A stretch of DNA of 64,000 nt from Dictyostelium discoideum (taxonomy: Eukaryota), in contig CM000153.2 in assembly GCA_000004695.1 (NCBI GenBank), positions 5,184,001-5,248,000 of the forward strand, in the 5' to 3' direction. This document shows positions 53,494 to 64,000 of this stretch, one piece after another (the first letter of the stretch is position 1; every line of letters begins with the position of its first letter). Below the pieces are notes generated by a model, which made no database searches, was not told the DNA's origin, and was given only the letters and a program-made list of their open reading frames with translations. Made by a program: the position numbers and the translations under genes.

Positions 53494-55164
53494 TTTAAAA
53501 TACTTACCCCATAATTTAATTGATAAAATAAAGTTAAATTTAAAATCAAATAAATAAAACTTTTGAGTTGAAATTACTAAATAGTAAGGTGTTTTCTTTT
53601 CATCATAAACCTTGAAATGAATTATATACCATTCTTTTGAAGAGAGTAATGATTGATGAGTGTTTGTAGTTTTAATAACTTGTTGAAGGAAAGATTTTTC
53701 AAATGAAAATGGTTTAATGATTGCATCAGGACCGATGAATCTTGGTGGTCTTGAACGTGATTTACTAGAGGCAGGATCCAAATAAGAGTTTCTAATACCT
53801 TGTGTTGCAGCATTAATCATATCGATAGCACCAACAGTTGGTTTTACAACTGTACCTAAAATTCCTTTACCAAATCCTTTAACCAAACCAGAGAAACCTT
53901 GATCTTGAAACTCTTTAACCGGTTGATCGAATAGACCCGATAAACCATGTGCCAAACCTTGAGTGAACCTTCCAATACCATTTGAAACACCATCGATTGC
54001 ATGTTTTGGTTGAGTATGACGATCCCTCTGAGCAAGATAATTTTCATCCATTGAGAACGGCGCAATAGCTGAACCAACGGTATTTGTTAATTTACTAGCA
54101 GAATTGAAAATACCATAGATACTATTGGATACTAAACTTTTAGTACCTTTAACTAAACCTTTTCCAAAGTTTTCCGGATTATTTAAACCTTCCTTACTTT
54201 CATAAATGAAATCATTGATACCACGAGTGATGTTTTCAACCAACGATAATGGAGCACCAAACACATCAGAGTATAATAAAATCTTTGATACCTCCCATTT
54301 ATAATGAGAAAACAATGATAATGCCAATGCATTTGCAGTAACGAATTGATGTTCCAATTTCCATGAACCTAAATGTAAACTTGCTTTATCAATATTTGCA
54401 ATGGTTGAAAATACAGATGCCCATGGTCCAATCAATGGTCTTGAATGTGGTGATAAACAATAACTAATTGTAACATCAACCAATGGTAAATTTAAAACTT
54501 CAATATATAACCTCTTTGAATCAATAGAATGTGGTATTGGTAAATTTGAATATGGTAATTTAATTGATTTTATAATTTTACCATCATTTTTTTCTTTTTC
54601 ATCATATTCATCGATATTATTAAAATCATTATTTTGATTATTATTATTTTGATTATTATTATTATTTTGATTATTAGGTAATTTAATTGATTTAATAAAA
54701 TTATATAAATGAAATAAAATTGTTTCATCAATTTCAACATCAAAGGGTTGAATATCAAAATTTAATTCTTTTATATATTCAATACCAACTTGATGTAATT
54801 CTTTTGGTTGATATTGACCTGAACGTATTAATGATACATTAAAAGAATGTTTAGTTGGTTTTAGATTATTGGAATTATAAGATTGAATCATTACTGGATA
54901 AGGTGTATGATATAGTTGATTATCAACTTTAAAAGAATGAATTGATAAATTTATATTTTGTTCTGTTGAATATTGCTTAAATCTAAGTTGTAAACCTCTC
55001 AAGGTTATATACATCAATTCCTTTGGATGACCATCAATTAATGAAACACTAATACCACCAATACAAATTTCAAAATTTAAATTATTATTATTTTGATTAT
55101 TATTATTTTGATTATTATTATTTTGATTATTATTATTATTATTATCTTTTGTTACTGAATTTAA

Positions 55165-55206
<42 letters not shown>

Positions 55207-56470
55207 TAATGTTTTTGAAATTGAATTATGATCATTTAAATCTGTTAAACGTAATATATTTGTTGGACCATTAGCAATGATATCTAATTTAATATCTAAA
55301 GTTTTGTTTGAATGTTTAACTTGATATGGTTGATGATATTGTAATTTATCTAAAGAAACACTCTTTTTATAGTTTGTATTTGGAATTGTAATACCTAAAC
55401 GTTTTGTACCCATTGGATTTGACCAAACATATCTTTTGGATTGATTTGAAAAGATAGGAATTGGTTGTTCATTTGTATCGACTTGGTGGATTGCAATTGG
55501 TACTGATATTAAATTTTCAACTCTATAAGGTGGATAATCTTTTGTCTCTGGATTAACAACAACAAAATAAATTCCTTTTTCTTGTACCATTTGAATCATT
55601 GGTAAATAAAATTGATCATCACTACTACCACCACCACCACCATTATTATTATTATTATTACTACTACAATTTGAAAATGCTGAAGATGATGATAAATTTA
55701 ATGGTGAAGTTGAAGATGATGAAATTGATGGTGAAGATGAGTTTGAAGAACCTGAATCACTATCACTATCTTGATCATCATCGATTGGTTTATCCAATTT
55801 AATATTGAATGAAATTGATTTATTAATATTGAAACAACCAGACCAATCATTATTTGGTGATAATCTAAAGGCAATCTTTTTTAATAATTGATCATCAAAA
55901 AAGTGAAATGGTATGGTTTCATTTGGATTTAAACAATAGTTTTTATAGAGATTAGAATCCTTTTGGCAATAGTATAATGGTTGAGCTAAATTATTAACCA
56001 AAATAAATTGTGGATCTACTGTTATATTTGTTGTTAATGATTCATTTGCAATTGAAGTTGAAATTAAGAATTGTAAAGAAAGTTTAGTAATTTTTGAAGA
56101 TGTTGGTGACTCTTTTTGTTCCTTGATAATTGTAATGGGTTCTTGTTTATTTGGTTGAATCGAAATTGGTTGAGACCATTGAGAATTACCATCAACCTGT
56201 AAAACCAAATATGATGTATTATTACTGGTACCAACATTTGATGGAATTGGTGAAAACATTGATATTTGTGAAATATTTTTATCATTATACCATTTCTTTG
56301 GATCTTTTTTATAATCAATTGTTCCTTGAATTGGTTTAGTTGTTGCTGCTGTTGTCGTTGTGGTAGTTGTTGTTTTATTTTTTGGAGTATTTTTAGTTAA
56401 TAAATTTGAAAATGTTTGTGAATTAAATACGGAAGCTATAATCACAGGTTGATCATGAATTGTATTATTA

Positions 56471-56507
<37 letters not shown>

Positions 56508-58522
56508 CTGATAAATTATTTAATTTAAATGATAAATTTAAACCAATTTGATTTATGATTGAAAAGGTTGGATATAAACAAACATGGATTGAACCAAATA
56601 GTTCATTTTGAAAGATATTAACAAAAAAGGTTTGATCTGAAGTGGTTGAAATCAATTTTCTTGGTTGTTTGTTTATATAATTTTGAGAGGATTGATTAAT
56701 TTGAATAAATCCACTAGAACCAAAACCTTTCATATGAACTTTAATCATTATTAAACGTTCAACATTTACACAATAGATACCTTTGGTTTGATTTTCTTGA
56801 ATACTCTCTTTACCAACGGTTCTATTGGATTCTTGATCATGTAATGTAATATCGATAGGTATAATAAATTGATTATAAATTACCAATGGTGGTACAATTT
56901 TAATTATATGGTTTGTTTTTTGAATTATCCTATTCATTGATGATGATGATTGATTATCTTGATTCTCATCATTCACCATACTATTCTCATAATATTGTTG
57001 ATTACTAATATGATGATAAGAGGGTTGATGCTGAGGAATTGTTCCACCTGTCAATGGATTAATTTGTTGATCTTCCAATTGGAAATTTGATAGATGTTGA
57101 TCAATTTGTAGACAATAAAACTTGTTTGGTGGACAATCAAACAATAATGTACCAGGATGTAATAATCCATTATTACAATTCAAAGGATGAGTCCAACGTT
57201 GTTGATTATTTCCTAGATTTGCAGAGGATGAAAATGATTGATGAATCATTGGTCTAAAACTAAATATCATATCTGTTGTTGATGATGATGAGGAGGAGGA
57301 GGATGATGATGAATTGCCACCACATATAGATAAAGATTTCGATTGTTTTGGTTCTAAAATAAAAGGACATACTTTTCTTAATGTATGTGTAGGTTTATCC
57401 AAATATTCCAATGTATGATCAGTTTCATTTACAATCAAAACATTTGATCTTACAATTAACTCTTTTGTAAAATCTGATACCCTTACTTCAAATACCAATT
57501 GTTGAGATGGTAGTGATTTAGTTGAAGATGATACATTTACTTTTGGTATTAAACTACAAATATAAATTCCAGTTTTATGAATTGGTAAATTTGAAATTGC
57601 TTCAAAACCATCAACAACTATATTAATTCTAAATAATGATATCGATGTTATATCTCTATACTTTTGTGCATTATTAATTGATCTAAATTTATCCTTTTCT
57701 TGATTAGTATTACCATTTGAATATAATGTTTCTTTTAAATCTAAATAAATTTCACCACCATCTTCTAAAATTTTATTTTTAGTTGTTTGAGTTTTGCTTG
57801 AAGTTGTTGGGTTTGAAGTTGAAGTTGAAGTTGAAGTTGAAGTTGAAGTTGAAGTTGAAGTTGAAGTTGAAGTTGAAGTTGAAGTTGAAGTTGAAGTTGT
57901 AGTTGTTGAAGTTGATGGTGATGTCGAAGTTGACAATCCAACAAAATCATTTGATTGAGTATCACCAAAAGAAGATGCACAAATTATTGATATTTGATAT
58001 TGTATCTCTAAACCAGTTTGATTTTTTAAAAGAAAAGGATGATAATTTTGAGATTTGTAATGTTGTAATAAATTATTATTTACGCCAGTTTTATAGCCAA
58101 GATCATAAGCTGATTGTGTTGAATCAGCTTTACTAATATCCATAGCAATCTCTATCAAAGGATATATCGTAGTAAAAGTATCAAACAATGATTTTGTTAT
58201 ATTTAAATTTAATTTCCCACTTGAAGAGATAACAATATTCTTTGATTGATCCTTTGTACCAATCTCTGATGTCTCAATACCAAATTTACAACCCCATTCC
58301 TCTATCATTGGTTCCCAAACTGATTTTGAAACATTGAAATAATTTGCAGCTATAAACATTGCAAATAATACTCTATTTTGTGCAACCTCTACTGAAATAT
58401 CTCTAATTTTTAAATCAATAATACCACAATACTTATTACCATAGTCGTTAATTACTGTTAATTCAACTGATGGTGATTGAAAATTAACTCTTAAAATTTG
58501 TTGTTCTTGTTTTGATTTATCA

Positions 58523-58607
<85 letters not shown>

Positions 58608-61032
58608 TATTATTTTGTTGTTGATGTTGTTGTTGTAAATTATTTAAACTATTTATTAATGATTCAATATTTTTTGAAAGTGATAAAAATAATAATAAAT
58701 CTTGAAATGATATTGAAATATGCATTGGATCAACAGCAATTAAAATATCAATTGGTAAATAATCTTTACCTTCAACCATTGAAATGTTTGTAGTGATTGA
58801 TAATGGATCAATGATTGATTCAATGGTTTGATCGAAATTATCTGCTCTACATTTGAAGAGAATAAATTCATCAATACAAAGTTGAATATCTTTATAGGTT
58901 AGAGAATCACTTTTTTGAATGGTAACTTTACCAAATAGTGAACCTCTTGCAATGAGTAATCTACTTTCACGAGTAGCAGGATTATCAACAAATGATAGAT
59001 CTATATTCGATGTCTCTATATGTACCACAGTATTTGTAGTCATTCTTTTCTTATTCTTTTCTTCCAACATTGCTTTAACTGTCGATTTCAAAGGATCCCT
59101 TCCAAATAAATGTGGATTATTATTCATGGTATCTACATTTAACACTGGTGAAGAAACGGGTGAAATCTCTGAAAGTGATGATAAAGCTTTAATTCCTGGC
59201 ATAATGAAATCAATCATTGAAATTAATGATTCCGGTACTATAACACCTCTAAAATGATCCAATATCAATTTAACTTGAGTATCACCACCTCTTTTTTCAA
59301 ATACATAAACTTGTAATTCTTTTTTCATTTCTTTTTTTTCCTTTTCATCTTTTGATAGTGGTGGTGATAAACCACTACCATCTGCTGATTGTTGATTCTT
59401 TTCCTTTGAATGATGAATAATACGACGAAAATGATTTACTGTTGATTTTCTTGTATCAGTTAAATCGATAGAACCCAATGAAAAATTTGAATATTCATTA
59501 CCATTATCATATTCAATTAAAGAACATTCGAATTCATCAATTTCAAATGAAACTACAGATTCTTTATTCTTTCTAAAGAATTCTAAAGAAATATGAGGTA
59601 AATGAAATGTAATTTGATCTTTAATTGAATCCAATGATTTAATTATTTGTTGTTGTTGTTGTTGTGATGATGATGGTGGTGGTGGTGGTGGTGGTGAAGA
59701 AGAAGAAGAAGATGATGATGATTTATGATCATGTAAACTTTCTAAAATTGGAGTTGGTAATGGTAATCCAATTGGAACATCTACACTTTTAAAATCTTGA
59801 TTTGAAGAAGCAACATTTAAAAAGTTTTGATAAAGATTATCAAGATTAAGCTGACTTTCAATTCTTCTATGATTTCTCTTCTTTCTTTTCTTTTGTTTAA
59901 TAGTTGGTTCAATCAATGATTTAATGATTGCAATAGTTAATGAATATTGTTGATCCGATATCTTTAGATTAATTGGTGATATCTCTCCATCAACTTTTTG
60001 TTTTGGTTCATCTAATTGATCTTCTTCTAATAGTGATGGATTTAAAAATGATTCAATATTAACATGAACATTGATCTTATTTGAAATTGGTTCAATTGTT
60101 GATTCTAAAACTTTACCATTTTGAAATTTACATGCATGAAAATTGACTGACGATGCATAAACAAATACTTGTTCAGATGATAAAATTGTATTATCACCAC
60201 CATTACTATTTGTTAAATTTGATTTATATTTATTAAATACAGAGATATGACCTAAATCTGCAATGATTACATATGGTGAATAATGATTCTTTGGAAAGAT
60301 TATACGTGGTGTGTTAACATCAACTTCAAAGAGTATACGTTTCTGTTGATTTATACGACGAGTTGACATAATTTCTACAGCTCCTTTTGCACTATCAGCC
60401 AATATTTGATCGATTTGATTTGGTGCAAACTCTTCGAAATAATCGATTATTCTATCAATTAATGATCTTACAACTATTAATTTAACAGAACTCATTCTAA
60501 CACCAATCTTTGTATCGAAAATTTCATTTTCATCTTGAAGTATACTAGTTGAATCTTTTAATGGAGATGAAGGTGGTTTCTCTTTTACTTTTTCAAATAG
60601 AGTAGTTGAAATGGTTTCTTTTGTTTCATTATCCAATGTAATTTTTGCAGTTGCTGTTGTTGTAATTGTTTCAAGTGGTTTTGAATTCTTTAATGTGTAA
60701 ACATAAAATTCAATTATATGTTCACCATCTGTACCAAATAATGGATTCAAATCTTTTGAAGCTTCCTTTGAAATATCTGATATTGTTAAATTACCCAATT
60801 TAAATCTCATCATGGATGATTCTAAATCTATATCGAAATTAATTGATAAATCTGATACTGTCAATGCAAAATATGATTGATCATCTTCATTCAAATTAAC
60901 TACCAATGATTTCATCTTTGTTGTTATTATAACAATTGAATTATCTTTATCAATTTTAAATGTTGAATTTTCAAATGCTTTACCTAAATTAATATGTGAC
61001 TGTGATTTTTGTTTTTGAAGTGGTGGTGGTGG

Positions 61033-61098
<66 letters not shown>

Positions 61099-62494
61099 TT
61101 GTGGTATTGATTGTTGATTACTCTCACTTGTTGGTAATGGTTGATTATCTTTATCCTTTTCTAATCTTTTTCTTTTCTCTCTTCTTTTCATTACAGTTTC
61201 AACAATAGTTTTCTCAACAAAATCAACAAGATTCATAATTTTAATTACTAATTTCTTATTGATATTAACAAATAATGTATTGAATGAAACATCAATTTGT
61301 TGAGAAATACCACTATATTGAGGTGAATTTCTTTGAACTGATGATATTGAAATTGAAATTAAATGTTCTTCTCTCTCTATTCCACTACTATTTTCTAATT
61401 CTGATTGTAGTGGTTGTTGATTATTATCAATTGATGAATTTGCTAAATATTTAAAACTTTCATTTTTAAAATCTTGATAAAGATCTTCAATTGATAATTT
61501 CGCTAGAGAAAGTTTAATTGAAGTATCAAAGGTACGCTTTAAAACTTGAGCACTAATATCTGATAATATCATTCTAATGAATGGTTTATCATCTTCAACC
61601 ACTTGTAATGATACGGTTGTTACAGAGAATGATACTTCTAAAATGGTATTATAAATCATTAAAATTGGTAATTGATCTTGAGTATGTTCTAAATCCATTG
61701 ATTCTAATATAAATGATCCTTCTTTCTTTAATTTTGGTTTTTTAGATTTCTTTTTTAATGAATCATCATTACCACTACTCTTTTCTTTATCATCTTGGTC
61801 ATCTTGAGTTGTTTTATCATTTTCATCATCGTTATTATCATCGTCACTATTCACTCCATTGTAATATTCTTCAATATCAACTTCTTGATCATGAATAACT
61901 GTTTCAAAATCAACTCTATCCAAATTACTATTATTGTTTTCATCTTCAGCATTCTTCTTTGAAGAAAAATGAGTTGAAATTTCAGGTGGATCATTTTGAA
62001 GGGTACTGATAATATTTATTAATATCTCTATTGATTTTTGAGATAATAACATATTCAATGAAGGTAAACCACCAAATAATTTCAATTTACTTAATAGTGT
62101 TTGTGATTTGATTATACATTTATAAATTTTGAAATTGATATCAAATTTCTCAACCAATTGAAGTGATTCACCTTGTGATGCAATATAGAATTGAATATTA
62201 TTTAATTTCAATTCAAATAGATCATATAAATACTTTGTAACATTCTCTTCATCATAAACACTATTATCACTAATAATACTTGTATTAACTGATGGTGATT
62301 TAATATCAACACTACAACCTCCATTACTACTTGAGTTATCATCATTAGATGATGGATGTTGGGATTGTTGTTGTTGTTGAGCTTGTTGTTGAGCTTGTTG
62401 TTGTTGTTGGGATTGTTGTTGTTGCTGTTGTTGTTGCTGTTGTTGTTGCTGTGACTGTGGTTGAATTGGAATTTGTTGTTGCTGTTGCTGTTGC

Positions 62495-62561
<67 letters not shown>

Positions 62562-64000
62562 GAATAATTGAAAAATCATTTTTTAAAATTGAAGATATTT
62601 CAATTTCTTCTGATAAAGTATCATCTTTATGAGTTACAACACTTTGTACAGAGAAAGAACCTAAATCTAATACTAATATTGGTGCTGAAGGTATTGTAAA
62701 GCTTTCAGGTATTAATACGTGTGGTGCATTAATATTGATATCTAAATCTATGGACTTATGATTCTCTAGTTCATGTTGAATACGTAATGTGGTTTTATCT
62801 TTAAATATTTTAATTTGATTACGAGCAGCCTCTTCAATCTCCTTTAATGTATCAGAGGGTGCATTTCCAAAGAATTCCAATATAGCATCCATCATTGATT
62901 TATTATAAACAACCTCCAATGGCAATGCTTCTATGAAAATTGAGAAATCTGATTCTGAATTTAATGGATTTTGTTGTAATGTCATTGAAAATAATGGTTG
63001 TTTTTCATCATTTGTATTATTTTCATAATCACCACTACCATCTGATTCTTCTCTTGATTCAGTTGTTCCTTTTGTTGAATATTTGTCATCACCCTCTTCA
63101 CCACCATTATCAACACCACCACTACCACCACTACTACAATCATCTTTACTCTTTTTATCACATGATACTTTTTCAATACTACTTAATGAGCATTTTAAAT
63201 TCTTATCAACATTTAATTTCTTTTCTTTTTCATCCTCTTGTTTAGTTTCTTCTTCCAATCGTTTATCTCTTGATGGTGAAGAAACTGGTGAAGGTGATGA
63301 TGATACTATTGATAGATAGTCCTTATTTATATCCTCTACACCTTCACTATTACTATAGGGTAGAGTTCTTGAAGATGAATTTACAAATGTATTGTTTTTA
63401 ACAACGATAGGTTTCATTAATATTGGAAATTGTGTATCCTTTGTAAAGAAATCACGTACATATATAGTCTCTAATATTGCTTGAACATATAATGATCCAA
63501 CAAATTTATCAACTGCCACAGACATTCTAACCAATTCAATCATTAAATCTGCATTTCCTTTTGATGATGGTGGTGATTTTGAAGAGAAATGAGTAATTGG
63601 TGAATTTGGTGGTTGCAATCTAAATGCAACCGAACCACGATTCATTGTAAAATTAATTCTAGTTTTAACATAATCCTTTGGATAAACTATATTCTTTGAT
63701 TTTTGATGTTCATCATATTCAATGGTTGAATAAAGTTCTCTCTTCTGTTGATCAGTTATATCTAATGTTCCCAATATTGATGAATCTTGATCCTCACTCT
63801 CATCTTGTTGTTGTTGTTGCTGTTTACTTTTATTTGAACTACCCCACCCAAACCATTTAAACCATCCTCCACTATTTTGATCATCTTTTGATTTATTCTT
63901 TTTATGACTAATTGTAGTAATTATTTTATTTTTATTCTTATTTTTATTATCTTGGTCATCATTTTTATTTTCCTCCTTTTTATCTATATTATCTTTATTT
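53060..64000 (-). CDS. VPS13-family giant lipid-transfer protein (C-terminal ~3500 aa; 5' end beyond window; last small exons approximate)
   Basis: The 10.3-kb ORF 53440..63774 continues in frame upstream to the window end (...SGGWFKWFGWGSSNKSKQQQQ...). The C-terminal region carries the VPS13/ATG2_C signature GKGLVKGTKSLVSNSIYGIFNSASKLTNTVGSAIAPFSMDENYLAQRDR...GFGKGILGTVVKPTVGAIDMINAATQGIRNS. The ORF tail after ...KLWG is intron read-through (donor G|GTAAGT at ~53505; T50 run). Further small 3' exons lie ~53390-53278 and ~53230-53150. Internal coding microsatellites: (GAAGTT)~18 = poly(TS) at 57783-57900, (AAT)28 at 58528-58612, (CAA)n polyQ at 61030-61095 and 62340-62580. Confidence 0.8.

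Noticed and set aside
63678-63774. Methionine at 63774 as the start of the giant gene
   Set aside because: The minus-strand frame stays open upstream to the window edge (…KSKDDQNSGGWFKWFGWGSSNKSKQQQQ…). VPS13 proteins have a conserved chorein-N domain not seen here. The real start is outside the window.

Overview
This window is AT-rich (~75-80% A+T) eukaryotic nuclear DNA with the hallmarks of Dictyostelium discoideum: intergenic A/T homopolymer runs of 20-60 nt, (AAT)n/(CAA)n coding microsatellites giving polyN/polyQ tracts, short AT-rich GT..AG introns with GTAAGT/GTATGT donors, and tRNA genes carrying a downstream ex-B box. The supplied ORF track ignores introns and accepts non-ATG starts, so many listed ORFs are exon fragments, intron read-through or opposite-strand translations of low-complexity DNA. 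I assembled gene models by hand, and splice coordinates are approximate to within a few nt. I find about 28 protein-coding genes on both strands. The first two are tandem paralogous LIM-domain Ser/Thr kinases with near-identical kinase exons. The rest are: an SLC35F-type transporter; eIF3 subunit M; actin-related protein Arp6; an EF-hand mitochondrial carrier (SCaMC type) with a candidate 10-nt micro-exon; the ESCRT-III protein CHMP6; proline iminopeptidase; a TM2-domain protein; a HAD hydrolase; Mediator subunit MED9; a very large low-complexity protein with a C-terminal zinc ribbon, interrupted by an assembly gap; a CBS-domain protein; an NADPH oxidase (NOX); a LIPT1-like lipoyltransferase; a TraB-family protein; a family-65 glycoside hydrolase; LSm4 with a split ATG start codon; a giant VPS13-family gene running off the window end; and several hypothetical genes. 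The accessory-like stretch at 42.7-46.8 kb holds a tRNA-Leu(UAA) gene with a terminator and ex-B box, a small GC-richer 3-exon gene, and a pair of ~330-420 bp TGTTG...CAACA direct repeats that look like LTRs. These flank a short non-coding interior containing a tRNA-Met-like 5' half and are probably a degenerate LTR-retroelement remnant. Other non-genic signals are a GC-rich island with a DUSE-like motif upstream of NOX (candidate small ncRNA), a C-rich (CCCTGT)n tract at an intronic 3' splice site, a degenerate S/D/I-rich 63-nt-repeat pseudo-ORF at 16.3-16.8 kb, two 100-N assembly gaps at (AAT)n tracts, and many microsatellites. No prokaryotic-style system (CRISPR, operon) is present.
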